DNA of 64,000 nucleotides from Salpingoeca rosetta. Its lineage: Eukaryota; Protista; Choanoflagellata. The stretch covers positions 957,200 to 1,021,199 of the forward strand of contig JAWQFM010000006.1 of assembly GCA_033442325.1 (NCBI GenBank). Reading direction: 5' to 3'. Every line of letters starts with the position of its first letter. The stretch's first letter is position 1. Position numbers and translations under genes: made by a program. Under the pieces are notes generated by a model. It was not told where the DNA came from, ran no database searches, and was given only the letters and a program-made list of their open reading frames with translations. Of the stretch, positions 1 to 14,191 are shown one piece after another.

Positions 1-661
1 CACACCACCACCACCACCGTCACTGTTGCCGGAATGCAGCTTCCCCTACCGCGGGCTGCCGGTGCTGCACACGCTGCTGTGCATCTGCCGCTGCCACCAC
101 CGCTATGCAGACAGCGGCGACGACGCAGCCGCACAGCTCGTCGAAAAGGTGATGGCTTCTCTTTTTTATGCATGTACGCGTGTGTGTGTGTGTGTGAATG
201 TGAGTGTACGTGTGCGTATGTGTGTGCGTGCGTGATATACTTCACTCACCATTCCCTTGTCCACCCTTCGCCCACGCGTGTACACACGAATTGGCTCAGG
301 TCACGGCGCTGCTGGCGAATGTGCCGGGCTTCACATACGAGAGCTCCACCACCGAGTGCGTCTGCCTGTATGCTTCCACGATGCGCCTTGCTGTTACGCT
401 GTTGTCCCTTTCCTCTGTGAACCTTTTTGTTATGGCACAGCACTCACGTGTATCATGCATGCCCACGTTCATTTGTGTGTATGTGTGTTGCACTTGGTTG
501 TGCAGCGAGAACAAGCTCTGGATGCGTGACACGGCTGCCATCGACGAGGTAGACACCAATCCACCGCCGTCTCTTCCAGTTGTACCTCTGTCTGTTGGAC
601 CGATGATTGCTGCTTGACGCCTCAACCCTCACCCATCATCGCACACACACGCGCGCGCGCG

Positions 662-694
<33 letters not shown>

Positions 695-2479
695 TATCCC
701 CCGCGTTGTTGTCTGCACAGGAGATGCACGTTCGGGCCCTTCGCGACTTTGACGTCACATTCGGTGCGATGAAACACCAAACGTGCGCTGCTCGTGTTTC
801 TGCAATCACACAGGCACTAGACCACACGTTCATACATCCAAAATACACACCCCCGCCCTCAGCTCACACCGATACACATTTTCTGTGCATGTGTTGCAAA
901 CGACACGTTGTCAGGGAGCATCGTTGTTCCGATCACTGCGGGCACCGCTGGTCGAATCCTCACACAGCGCGACAACAACATCCTCATCGAGGTGCGTATG
1001 TGCGTGCAGCGTTTTTTTGGATCGGTGTCAAGTGCGCAGTTGTGGCGAGTTCCGTTGGTGCACGCCAACACTTGGTGTTTGTGCTTGATGGGCACATCAG
1101 CCATGCTCCGCATTCACCACCACCACCACCACCATCATCATCATGACAATGGTCTCCTCGCGCGCTGCCAATACGACTGCTGCGGCTGCTCTGTAGTGGT
1201 CGTGCCCCCACAGTGGCTGGTTCTTTCTCCTGCAGCTGGCGCAGGATGCCCTCTGCAACGGTGAGTTTGCCCCTCTGATCATGGCGTGAGCGTGTGCACT
1301 CCTCAACACATGCATACATCTGCTGCCACTCCACCCCCTTGGTGTACCTATCACGCATATTTCGTTCTCATCATCCTCATCATCATCACCACCACCACCA
1401 CCATCTCCACCACCACCTGCAGGAACACCGCTGGTGCAGCAACCTGTCGACTTTGTGGAGACGCTCGTGCAAGTTCTCTCCCTCCTGTGCGAAACCAGGT
1501 CTGGGAAGCCGCTTCTTTGGCGTGCACAAAGGCACACACACACACACGCACGCACGCACACACACACCGCGCACTTATACACAGACACTACAAAGCAACA
1601 CACACACAACCACGAACCCCGACACACACACGCACGCACACATAATCCTACCGAGCGCCCGCTCACGACCCCCCCCCCCCCCGCATGCGCCCCTGTGATG
1701 TGTAGGTCTGGCCTTGTTGCGCTGACGTCGCACCTGACGGCGGTGACAGCTGCTATTGGCCAGCCAGATGACAACATCCTCCTCAACTTCGTGTTCAGGT
1801 CAGCACCAAGTGCCGTGTGTCTCTCCTCTGTTGCTGTGTGAGGCCGTGAGCATGCCATGCCCGCCTCCATTGCTCGACGTGCTATTACACCGACCTGTCT
1901 CATCCCTATCCCCTGCCTCCCCCTCCCCATTACTCCTCGCTCCTCTTCATTGCTGTTTGTGACGGTGTCCGCCTCAGCACGCTGAAGAGTGCCCTGGGAG
2001 TGGAGTGGCCGCCGCTTGCGCTCATTGCCAGCTGCTTTGATTTCCTGCGCGCATACGCCGATTTCGACCCCGCGTGTGTGTGGGAGCGACTGCTTGAGGA
2101 CGGCCTCTACATGAGCCAGGGCGGTGAGTCACACAACGTATCACGACCACTCACCCTTGCCCTACGACCTGCATCGTGTCACTACCACGTGACTTCCGCT
2201 CATGTCACCGGAATCCATGAGCCATATCACCTGACCTCCTCTCCTTCTCTTCCGTTGCACTGTCACCCACTACCTTTTTGTTGCCCCTAACGCGTGCCAC
2301 TGCCAACTCACCCCATCACTTCCCTCCAGTTGCGACGCCACTCCGCGGCGTTCTCTTCAACTACGAGCAGCGCGAGGGCGCCTACCCAGTCACGACAGCA
2401 TATGTTGAGCTCATTGCAAAGCTGTTTGCCGTCGCCCACGTCACATCAGAGTACGCAGATGGCTGGTGTTGATGTGCAG

Positions 2480-2556
<77 letters not shown>

Positions 2557-2582
2557 GCTGTTGCTGTTGTTTGTTTGTTTGT

Positions 2583-2667
<85 letters not shown>

Positions 2668-4150
2668 GTGTGTGTGTGTGTTTGCGTGTGCATATACTTT
2701 TGGTTTGGTGCATTAGTGGGGTAATCCATGCCACCACTTGAGACCATCACGTCCCACCCTCTCCGCTCTGCAACCGCTTTTTCAAGTGCTCACAGCGAAC
2801 CACCCTGCTGCTGCTTCTGCTTCCTTGCAATTGTGCGTGCACTAGGGCGGATAGCCCCGTTGACTGGATGCCGATGCTGCCCATGGCGCAGTTTCTCCTG
2901 CGAGAGGCGTTCAGGGAGCACGTCGCGTGGTACTTCAAGGTCCCCACAGGTCAGCACCATCCTGGTGTTCGCGTGCACGTTGTGCCTTGAGTGCGGCCCT
3001 GGCCTCTTTGTCTCACGGCAATCGCTCGAGGATCGTGTCCTTGATTTGTCATCCTTCGGTGTTTTGCCATCATTGCCTTCTGCCCCCCCCCGCAACCATT
3101 GCCTTCTCATCCTACCGCTGTTGTGTCTCCCTGTCCTCAATGGATGACAACAGACAAGCAAGCGCTGGCCGTCCGCCTGTTGCGCCTAGCACGCCTCATC
3201 CTCAACTCTTACAAGGACAAGACAGCTGACATCACCCCACAATGTACACGGGCTTGTCGGGTGTGTGTGTGTGTTTGCCCATGTCGCACTTGTTCTCTCC
3301 CTCATACCGACTGCACCTTCCACTGTATGCTGCTGCTTGCTGCGCTGGCGAGCAGGCCGTGCCATGGTTGATGCGTTGGCGCAGCAGCTGCTGGAAGATG
3401 TACTCGACAACCCGCACTTTGCAGTGACCGTGTTCGCGCACGTCGGCAAAGGCCACAACGCCCTTGAAGAGCTGTTTGCCACCTGGCGCACGCTTGAGGC
3501 CCAGCTCACCATCAAGGTCTGTTTTGTTCATGCGTGTGTGTGTGTGTTGCTTGCGGACGTCGTTGCTGGTGTGATGCTACATGCTGGCTGCTTTTTTCAT
3601 TGTTTATTCCATTGTTGTTGAAGATCGGCATTCTCTTTCAATGCTTTCTTTGACCCTACTAGACACACACACACACCTCGCTCACCATACAATATGTGTG
3701 CATGGACTGCAGGTGCTGTTTGACGGACTGTTTGTGATCCACTCTGCGCTGGCGGCGGCGTCGCGGGATTCGGACCGCACGTCCGCTACCGCCCTCGAGC
3801 TCCTCTTCCTCCACAGACACAGCACCGCTGCAACAGCAACCACCGCCGCCACAGCAGCAGGCGCCGCAGCGTCAACGGCAACGGCAGCTGTGGCGGCGAC
3901 AACGGGCGCAGGCGGGTCCTCGCGTGTGCGTAGGACAGAGCACAGCCTCATCTTCTCGCTGGCGTCGCTTGTGCAGACCACCCGCTCCACAGATCTGCCC
4001 ATTGTGTGCACGCGCATCCTGACGCTGCTGTGCCACAGCACTGCGCGGTGGGGCATTGCCTCCCTCGCCAGCGCGCTCGGCCCGCACCTGCCAGACCTCA
4101 GAGACTGCTTCCTTCGCAGGCTCGAGGACCCGGTATACGCCACACCCGCG

Positions 4151-4198
<48 letters not shown>

Positions 4199-5373
4199 AT
4201 TGTTTGATTGTTTGTTTATTTGTGTTAGTGTGTGTCTGTTTGTATGCAAATGTGTTTATTTGTGCGTGTGTGCCTTTGACTCTGTTTGAATGCAAATGTG
4301 TTTCTGTGTGTATGCAAAGTGTTTGTGATTGTGTGTGTGCGCGTGCTTCAGTGTATGAATGTTGGCTGTTCCACTGCCCATGTGTCTTGATTTCTCGTAC
4401 TGAGGACAGTGGCTGACGTGTTCTTCACCTGATCTCGCATGCAGGAATCATCTGCCAGCATCTTAACCGCAATCTTCGAATTTCTGAAGGAGGTGGCAAA
4501 GTCACAGGTTCGTGCTGCTGCACCCATTGCTTCGTGTTGTTGTGACGACCACGCGGTGGCCTTGATGCACTGCACAGCATGGATAAGTAATCACACAGCT
4601 CACACTCAAATGTTTCGCCTCGCCAATGCACACAACGCACGCCGACACAACATCCACGCGATGCCGCACACTGTACACAACACACACTCCACCGCGCATC
4701 GATGCAACACACACACCTACATACACACGCACGCACACACACACACACACGCACGCACACGCACACACACACACGCACGCACACGCACACACACACACAC
4801 GCACGCACGCAATACCGATGCACCGCGCGCACTGCAGCCGAGTCTGACGCGGCAGTTTGTGGACTTCAAACGCAAGTCGGCGCCAAAGGAAGATGCCAAG
4901 GGGTCGGCAAAGACATCCACTGTCCAATACGGCGAGAGAAGGTCCGTGAACTTCCGTGTCGTGGACATGTACCCGTTGTACGTCCATGTGCGTGGCAGAC
5001 GCAAGCACACGCACACACAATGAAGCTCAGTGCGTTTGTTGGCCACCTCCTTGCCCTCATCAACGTTCCTGCATCATCATGGAGCCACCTGCACTCATCG
5101 AATCTTCTCTCTCCACACCACCACCACCACCACCATCGACGCCTTGCAACGCCATCCACCGCCATGACTGTTCCAACCCACCATTGCACGTTTCAAGTTT
5201 CATCCCAAAGTTGCTGCAGGTGCTTGAGGGCCGCGATCAGTGGCTGCAGGCAGAACCAGCGCTGTACCTCGCAGCAATGGTTCGGCCCATTTGTTCGTGT
5301 CGTGGTAGTGGAGAAGCGCCACGATGGGAATGATGTTGCTGTTGTGTGAATCTTGTGGTGTCGCCGTTCCGTT

Positions 5374-5448
<75 letters not shown>

Positions 5449-8400
5449 ACACCACACCACACAAACGGTTGCGTCAACAGGAGCTTGTGGGCGCAATTTG
5501 GACGTCGCAGGTGGCGACGCTGCTGCGGCAGAATGCAGAGTTTTGGAAGGCCGTCATGTTTGTTGTCGAGGACAAGGACTGCACGAAGCAGTACACATAT
5601 CGCGGTGGCGATGATGGTGATGATGGTGATGGTGGTGCAGCGGCGATGAGTGAGCAGGACAGGCGCCGCAAGCTCGTGGTCATTCCACGCTGCCAGGTGA
5701 GACGCCCTCACAAGCAGGGTCTTGAAGGGTTATGCTGCCAGCGTTTGCATGTGTGCGTGAGTGTTGGTCCAGTTGGAAAAATTTTGTAGTGTCACACTGG
5801 TACAATGTCCCGTCATTTCTTTTCAACTGAGTGGTCATCGTTTGCGTGCTTGCAGGCAATTGCGTTGGGCATCATCACGCTCGAGTGCTACAATGCGCAG
5901 GCCAGCGAGAAGCACTTCAAGGCGCCGCTGGACATTGCCGTGAGTGGTGCTTGATGCGCGACTGTGTTACCACAAAGATACGCGCATGCACGCAAGCACT
6001 CGCGCAGTTCCGCTCTCTATCTTTCAGCTGCATATTCATTCGCGCTTGTGTTCATGTGCTCACAGGTTGACTTTGTGGAGACCTTTGAGCTGCATCCACG
6101 CATTGATGACAACGAGACGGGCGTTGCCGCTGTACGTGGGACAAGGGATAGTTGGGTTTGCTGTGTCTGCTGAGGCTTTTGTTTGATTTGGGCGTGTTTG
6201 GTGATTTGGGCGTGCTTGGTGATTGGGTTGTCGCTGACATTGAAAGCAGACGGTGCTATTGCTCGACGTTTTGCTCGCACCACCTCACCACCTCCATCTT
6301 CGTGGCCTTTGTGTTGTGATGTTTTGTGTTCCACTTCTCGTGTAGCTGCTGTTGGTGTCGGCGTGGTGCGACTTTTGCAGCACCGTGTATTTCCCAAAGC
6401 ACTACAGCCCTGCGCCGTCATACCACGTGTTGGAGGCGCGGCCAGCCACGTACTCTTTCCTTCTCACCCACATGCTCAAGGTGATTGACTGGGTATCATT
6501 GTCCCATGCCGTGGGATGTAGTTGCTCCTCCTCTCCCTCAGAGAGGGGAGAGGGAGAGACAGAGACAGAGAGTGTATGTGTGAGAGAGGAAAGAAAGAGA
6601 GTGTGTGTGAGAGAGAGAAAGAAAGAGAAAAAGTCACACACACACACACGTATGTGCGCACACACATTCACACACTCATACACTCATACACTCACCGGGT
6701 ACCTTCACCGCCATCTGTGTTCTTTCTTTTCACTGGACTTAACCCCCTCCCTCGGTTCACACCCCACTCACCTTTTGCACTCCTTTGCCCGTGGGTTTTC
6801 TCCTTGCAGTGCATCCGCGACCACATGCACGACCTCTCTGTTCAGGTGCAATCAAATGGCAAGGCAGGATGGACACGTAAGTCGCCGTACACCCTCATGC
6901 ACTTGAGTGATGATCACGTGTTGCGGTGACGCGGCTGTGTGCGCTCTTCTCGTTGCCTCCTACTTTTCATGGCTCACGCGCGTGTGTGTGTTCATGCCTT
7001 TGTGTGCATGTGCGTGTGCGTGCGTGTGTGTGTGTGTGTGTGTGTGTGCGTGCTGTGCCGTGAAGGCGCCAAGTATCACCGCGCCATTGCCGTCCACTTG
7101 GCAGAAGTCTTGATCATCTTCTCGCGACGCCTCGGTATGAACGTTGCATTGTGCTTTCGAACGTGCGTTGTATGTCCGACCAGACATTGTGCCTTCCGTA
7201 ATGATTGTGCTGTTGTCACCAGCACACTGTTGCTGGTACATCTTTTCACGTGCCGCCGCTGTTGTTGCCGTTTCAGACTCGAAAGTCCACGGGATCAAAG
7301 CAGACGCCATTGTTGAGCTGTTTAACTTGTACGTGTCTGTGTGCGTGTGTTTGTATGCTTGTGTGGCTGTGTGTTTATGCGTGTGTTTATTCTCGTCTAT
7401 CTGTCTGTGTGTGTATGTGTGTGTGTGCCTCTGATGACAACGGTAAAGGAACTTGTGCCCTTGCGTTTGCAGGACTGTTGTTCCTTAGGGCTACACAACA
7501 GCCACAGCAGTGCATAACCGCTGTATTTGTTTGCATGTGTGTGCACTTCGCTGCAGGATGCGGGTTGTGCTGGCGCGGGCGTGCGATTACCAAGAGGAGA
7601 CGACGGAGTTGCGTGTGCACTTGTATGGCGCACTCATGATGATGCTCCAGCGGTTGCATTGCAAAGAAAAGGTATCATGCGCTGGCAACCAGCCCACCCC
7701 AACGCTCCCTTGTCTGTTGCCCACATGGGCAAGGCATGGGGATTGCATCACGATGGCTCCTTGGTTGTGTTTCGATTTTTCTTCGCTTTGTTTCGTTTCA
7801 TCGCGTCACTCACAGCCTCTGCCCCACGCGCGCGCATTTTGTGTACAGGCAAAGGAAGATGCGATTGCAGATGCGTGCACGGGCATGTTCCCGCTGGTGT
7901 GGGAGGCGTTTCTGCAAGACATGCGCGACCACCAGATGCTGCAGCTCACGGCGTCCGCTGACCAAGCCCTCATGAAGAGGAAGAAGCAGCAACAGGAACA
8001 ACAACAGCAGCAGCAGCAGCCAGGGCAGCAGCAGGCTTGGGGTGACCAAGGCAAGCAGGCCACAGATCAGAAACATCAGAAGCAGCCGTCGACCACCCAA
8101 CGGGCGCTGCCTGTGCGTGATGCCGGGCTGACTGTCCTCAGTGTTCTGATGCGGCGTGCGGCAGACAAGTCGCTGGTTGCCCAAACGATGCGGGAGAACG
8201 GAGCTCTAGACCTGCTGCTGGACGTGATGGCCGATGCTATTGCCACACAGCGCAACGCGAAGATGGCACACTCCCTCATGCACCTGTTTGTCGCAGCCGC
8301 GCTGTCGCCGGACACAGCAGCCGCCCTCTGCTCAACGCCACGCGTGCGCGGGCACGGAGGCCTGGTGTGTTGAGAGTGTTGCTCTTGCTTGCTTGCTTGT

Positions 8401-9574
8401 TTGTTTGTTTGTTTGTTTGTTTGTTTGTTTGTTTGTTTGTTTGTTTGCTCGCGCGGATACATTCCTCTTTCTCCAATTCACTCACACACTATCACCCACT
8501 CTCACTCTCACTCTCACTCTCACCCACTCACCATCACCCACACACTCCCTCTCTCTTTTGGGTGCCGCTAATCATACCACCTCTCCGCCTCCTTCTTGCG
8601 GTTGACAGCTGTCTCGTGTAACACAGTCGTTTGCAGTGCTGTGGGAGCAGCACAAGTCAACCCGCATCATGGACCCGTACATCACAAAGGTGATTCCATC
8701 TGCGTGTGTGTGTGTGTGTGTGCGTGTGTGTGATTGTCTGTGTTTGTCTGTGTGTCTGTCTGTGCGTGTGTGTACCTGTGGTTGTGTGTGAGTACACTAC
8801 GTTTGCCGTTGAAGTGTGCCAAGTGACACGCGCGCCCATGCTTATACGCTGGTGTTGTTGCTGTATCCGACAACGCTCTTCAGAACGGAGAGGTGTCTGT
8901 CAACGAGTGGCATCAGCTGTGGTGTCGCTTCATCGCGCTGCAAGGACGCTTGGTCCAGCACGTTGGTCATGCCTGGCACTGCCTGCATGATGCAATCCGC
9001 TTCCTGCGCATCTTCGACAGCATCCTCTTCTCTGCGCTCAGCAGGTGCGTTGATTGAAAGAGGGCGTGGTGGTAAATAAGCAGGCGTTATCGGCACCGCC
9101 CCTCTGCTTGTTTCGTCGATGCCATGGCAATGGCGTGGCTTGTATCAAACAATCACCATGCCACGTATTTGCTCGGCAACTGGTCATCGTTGTTGTTTGA
9201 TGTCGCTCAAAGCGCTGTGGTCGGTTTTCTCCCCTCACCAGCACACACACACACAACTCTGCCTCTCACGCTTACTTTCCCTAATCTGTCTCTCTCTCTC
9301 TCTCACACACACACACAAACACACACACTCTCCCTCTCTCTCTCTCGCTCGCACACCGCGTGACATTCAGCTTCCCGAGCCAGCGGGTGCAATTGCAGCA
9401 GCTTCGGCAAGTGGACACGATGTTGGAGTTCCTGGTGCACCTGGGCCTGCATCGTGACGCGTGGGTGAAGGCCATGCCAGCGCTGCTCGACCCATCTGGC
9501 TTCCTTGCGCTCCTTGCAAACATCTACCAACGTGCGCTAATTTGTCCCTTGCCGCATGTGTCGTGGGGTTGTGG

Positions 9575-9618
<44 letters not shown>

Positions 9619-9929
9619 ACCCTTTTGTGTTTATGTATGTGTTGTGTGTATGTGTGTACATTTGTGTGTGTGTGTGTGTATGTGTGTGACCAGGACGCTT
9701 CTTGATAACTACTTCTTGATCTCTTGTTTAACACCATTCACCGACATTATTCACTGCCGTCATTCATGGTGTTCCCAGATGCGGTGCACGTGGCTCGCTC
9801 CCCGTATCGCTGCAACGAGTTTGTCGTGCCCACAACCGCAGACGAGAAGGACCTGCAAGGAAAGGTGCGATGCGTGCCGTCATCACTGCATGCTCGCCCT
9901 TTCGAGCTTGTTTCCGCTGGCATGTATCC

Positions 9930-10025
<96 letters not shown>

Positions 10026-10173
10026 ATAGGGGCTTCTCTTGTAGTTGAGTGCGTTGTATGTATATCCGTCTTCNNNNNNNNNNNNNNNNNNNNNNNNNNN
10101 NNNNNNNNNNNNNNNNNNNNNNNNNNNNNNNNNNNNNNNNNNNNNNNNNNNNNNNNNNNNNNNNNNNNNNNNN

Positions 10174-10212
<39 letters not shown>

Positions 10213-11623
10213 GTGTGGGCTGCTCTTGTGCTGCGTGCGTTGCATGCTTATCCGTCTTCTCAACCCCTGCTCCTCCCTTCTTCTGTTTTCTCAACTTCGC
10301 AAACACGCATTCCCGCCCCCGTCCCAATCGCTACCTCATCTTTCCAATGCCAGCGCGGCGCGCGGCCGGTGTCGCCGCTCACGCCGACGTCCTCAGATTC
10401 GGAGATGCGCGTGCAGCTCTCGCACTTGGGATCTGTGAGTGGCGATGCCTTGTCACTGTTAGGTGTTCGAGTTTGTGCTGGGCAGCTGTGAATGTGGAAT
10501 GCGTGCTCCAAGCTCACAAACGCGCAGTTACACGTGCACACAAGTGTAGCCCTCACTCATCTCATCGCTGACACGATGCTTGCTGCGTGCCTGCTCCTGT
10601 ACCTGCGTGTGTGTTTCAGCAATGCGCGGACCGACTGCTCAACATCATCGTTAACAGCAGCACGCTCATTCGTCTTCTCACGAGCAGGAAGCGCCTCAGC
10701 GAGCCAGCGGATGTCATGGTGAGTGCATCTCGGGTGTGCCGTTGCCCCTTAAGTTGTGGCGTTGCCAATACGCTGTGTCAGCTTGGCAGTGGTTGCGTGC
10801 CTTTCAGAGCAACCCATGGCAAGCGTATTTCATGCATGTAACACGTTGTGTGGTTCCTTTTTCTTTTTCCTTCTTTCCTTTTTTATTTTTATTTTCAGGC
10901 AACATCGTCGGTGTTTGCGACGGAGCTGACGTCGAGTACATCAACTCAGCCCTCTCTGGGCACCCTGCTCTCCAGCATGGTGTGTGTGTATGTGTGTGTG
11001 TGCGTGCGTACGATGTATGCATGCATGAACCGCCTTTGCTTTTGTGACGTACGTGCATGACGTGCACTAGCTTTGGTAGTGTGCATGCATGACATGCCTT
11101 TCGTGCAATTCACGGTGCGCACGACACCTCGTTGTGGCTGGTGTTTGTGGTGATTTCTTTCAGGATTTTGCAAGAAGAGCAGCGGCGCAGTTTGGCGGCG
11201 AAGACGTGAGGGCTACATGCAATGGCGTCACGCCTTTTTGCTCGTCGTGCATTCTCGTCGCGTCTCGGTATCAACAGCCACTTGTTTTGTTATGAAATGC
11301 CTGCTGTCGCTCCCTTTCAACTCCTGCTGCTGCTGTCTTGTGGTGTGTTGCGTGTCCTTCCTCAGGGTGAGGAGAAAGACAAGCTGTTCAACTTGGCGTT
11401 TGACAACGCCCTCTACCTCTTCGTGTCCCAGGTGCGCAATGGCAAATGCAAGGTGTGCAGCCGAGCTGAATGTTTACGTTTGCCACGCGAAACTGCCATG
11501 TCGGTCGATCTATGTGCCTGACCAAATGCATTATCGCCCTGCTTCCAGGCATTGTGGTATCAGTTGCACTTTCCCGATTCTCTACACCCCTGTGCGGTTG
11601 TCTCCACCCTCAAGACGCGACTC

Positions 11624-11711
<88 letters not shown>

Positions 11712-13122
11712 GTGTGGGCTGCTCTTGTGCTGCGTGCGTTGCATGCTTATCCGTCTTCTCAACCCCTGCTCCTCCCTTCTTCTGTTTTCTCAACTTCGCA
11801 AACACGCATTCCCGCCCCCGTCCCAATCGCTACCTCATCTTTCCAATGCCAGCGCGGCGCGCGGCCGGTGTCGCCGCTCACGCCGACGTCCTCAGATTCG
11901 GAGATGCGCGTGCAGCTCTCGCACTTGGGATCTGTGAGTGGCGATGCCTTGTCACTGTTAGGTGTTCGAGTTTGTGCTGGGCAGCTGTGAATGTGGAATG
12001 CGTGCTCCAAGCTCACAAACGCGCAGTTACACGTGCACACAAGTGTAGCCCTCACTCATCTCATCGCTGACACGATGCTTGCTGCGTGCCTGCTCCTGTA
12101 CCTGCGTGTGTGTTTCAGCAATGCGCGGACCGACTGCTCAACATCATCGTTAACAGCAGCACGCTCATTCGTCTTCTCACGAGCAGGAAGCGCCTCAGCG
12201 AGCCAGCGGATGTCATGGTGAGTGCATCTCGGGTGTGCCGTTGCCCCTTAAGTTGTGGCGTTGCCAATACGCTGTGTCAGCTTGGCAGTGGTTGCGTGCC
12301 TTTCAGAGCAACCCATGGCAAGCGTATTTCATGCATGTAACACGTTGTGTGGTTCCTTTTTCTTTTTCCTTCTTTCCTTTTTTATTTTTATTTTCAGGCA
12401 ACATCGTCGGTGTTTGCGACGGAGCTGACGTCGAGTACATCAACTCAGCCCTCTCTGGGCACCCTGCTCTCCAGCATGGTGTGTGTGTATGTGTGTGTGT
12501 GCGTGCGTACGATGTATGCATGCATGAACCGCCTTTGCTTTTGTGACGTACGTGCATGACGTGCACTAGCTTTGGTAGTGTGCATGCATGACATGCCTTT
12601 TGTGCAATTCACGGTGCGCACGACACCTCGTTGTGGCTGGTGTTTGTGGTGATTTCTTTCAGGATTTTGCAAGAAGAGCAGCGGCGCAGTTTGGCGGCGA
12701 AGACGTGAGGGCTACATGCAATGGCGTCACGCCTTTTTGCTCGTCGTGCATTCTCGTCGCGTCTCGGTATCAACAGCCACTTGTTTTGTTCTGAAATGCC
12801 TGCTGTCGCTCCCTTTCAACTCCTGCTGCTGCTGTCTTGTGGTGTGTTGCGTGTCCTTCCTCAGGGTGAGGAGAAAGACAAGCTGTTCAACTTGGCGTTT
12901 GACAACGCCCTCTACCTCTTCGTGTCCCAGGTGCGCAATGGCAAATGCAAGGTGTGCAGCCGAGCTGAATGTTTACGTTTGCCACGCGAAACTGCCATGT
13001 CGGTCGATCTATGTGCCTGACCAAATGCATTATCGCCCTGCTTCCAGGCATTGTGGTATCAGTTGCACTTTCCCGATTCTCTACACCCCTCTGCGGTTGT
13101 CTCCACCCTCAAGACGCGACTC

Positions 13123-13200
<78 letters not shown>

Positions 13201-13635
13201 GTGTGTGTGACGCAGGGGTAGGGGCAGGGGTGAGGATGCCTGGCTCGTTGTGATGTCATGTTGTTCATGGAGCACTGACGTCCTCCTCTCACAATGTCTA
13301 ATCAACGACAGGCATGAGAAGCGGCATGCGCCAACACCACATGGAGCCACTGTGCTGCCACCAACGTCCCCTGTACACGCGAAACCGCTCGTTGATATTT
13401 ATCAGGGCGAAGGTCAGTAGCAGCGCTTGGGAACACGTGCTCATGGGTGTCCGTGTGTGTCCGTGTGTGTGCCCGTGTGTGCGTGTGTGCGTGTGTGTGT
13501 GTCACATTACCCTCTTTTCTCTTGAGCTGTGGCTGACCGTGGTTTGTGACGAATGTGTCTCGCTTGCTTCGTGGTGCAGACTCGCTGTACAAGTTGACAT
13601 GCAAGTACTTGGACACGATGATTCGACGCCGCTGA
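1..13635 (+). CDS. NUP188: Nucleoporin Nup188, multi-exon, 5' end outside window
   Basis: Spliced exons give [69 protein letters not shown] and [13 protein letters not shown]. These parallel recalled vertebrate NUP188 motifs (EQPQGEYGVTIAFLRL, PSFGTLL, ENCFYLLISQ). Last exon [18 protein letters not shown] ends at TGA 13633-13635. Exon boundaries were set by eye. Confidence 0.8.
10074..10173. other. Assembly gap (100 N)
   Basis: Run of N in the sequence. Confidence 1.
10174..13171 (+). repeat. Near-identical 1,499-bp tandem duplication containing six NUP188 exons
   Basis: The ORF track repeats at a constant 1,499 offset (10260/11759, 10492/11991, 11222/12721). Three substitutions were seen outside the TG tracts: 11102C/12601T, 11292A/12791C, 11592G/13091C. 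Both junctions lie in (TG)n. Confidence 0.95.
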
Positions 13636-14191
13636 TGCAACGTGCCCACGACCTGATGCCATTGGATTGGCTGCTGTGCGCAGCGCCTCTGTGTGGAGCG
13701 AAGGTTGAGTGGCGGGAAGTTGTCTGTCGTGGCAATAGTTTGCGCTACTCATCGGGGAGTAAACCGTGCTGCTTGACACTGGAGCAACTGAGACGAACGA
13801 AGCTGAGACGAACAAATACGGGGGTGGGGGCACATGGTAATCACATCGCGCACATGTGCGCGTTATCTGAGACTGTGCGGGCGTACACCGATAACTGAGA
13901 TCAAACGATGAGCCTGCGCCTGATTGATTGTGAGAAGAAGAGCGCCAGTCAATGCGTCGTCGACAAATCAGAGAGCAAGCGTCTGCAAAAGACTTCCGTT
14001 GAGATTCCCTTGCAATAAAAAAACGTGGCTGTCGTCCACTTTTCTATGTCACCTGGTTCATTCGTCTTGGTCATACGTCTGCATCACTCGACCACGCAAC
14101 ACAGCACAGCAGCAACACACACGCCGAGCACGCACACGCACGCATACAGACACGCAGTACCGCACAAGACCACACGACACACACATCGACC

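Noticed and set aside
2382-2750. Poly-Q/T/N/C/L/V ORFs and the many (HT)n/(CV)n ORFs in the track
   Set aside because: They are translations of intronic or UTR (TTG)n and (TG)n microsatellites, not genes.
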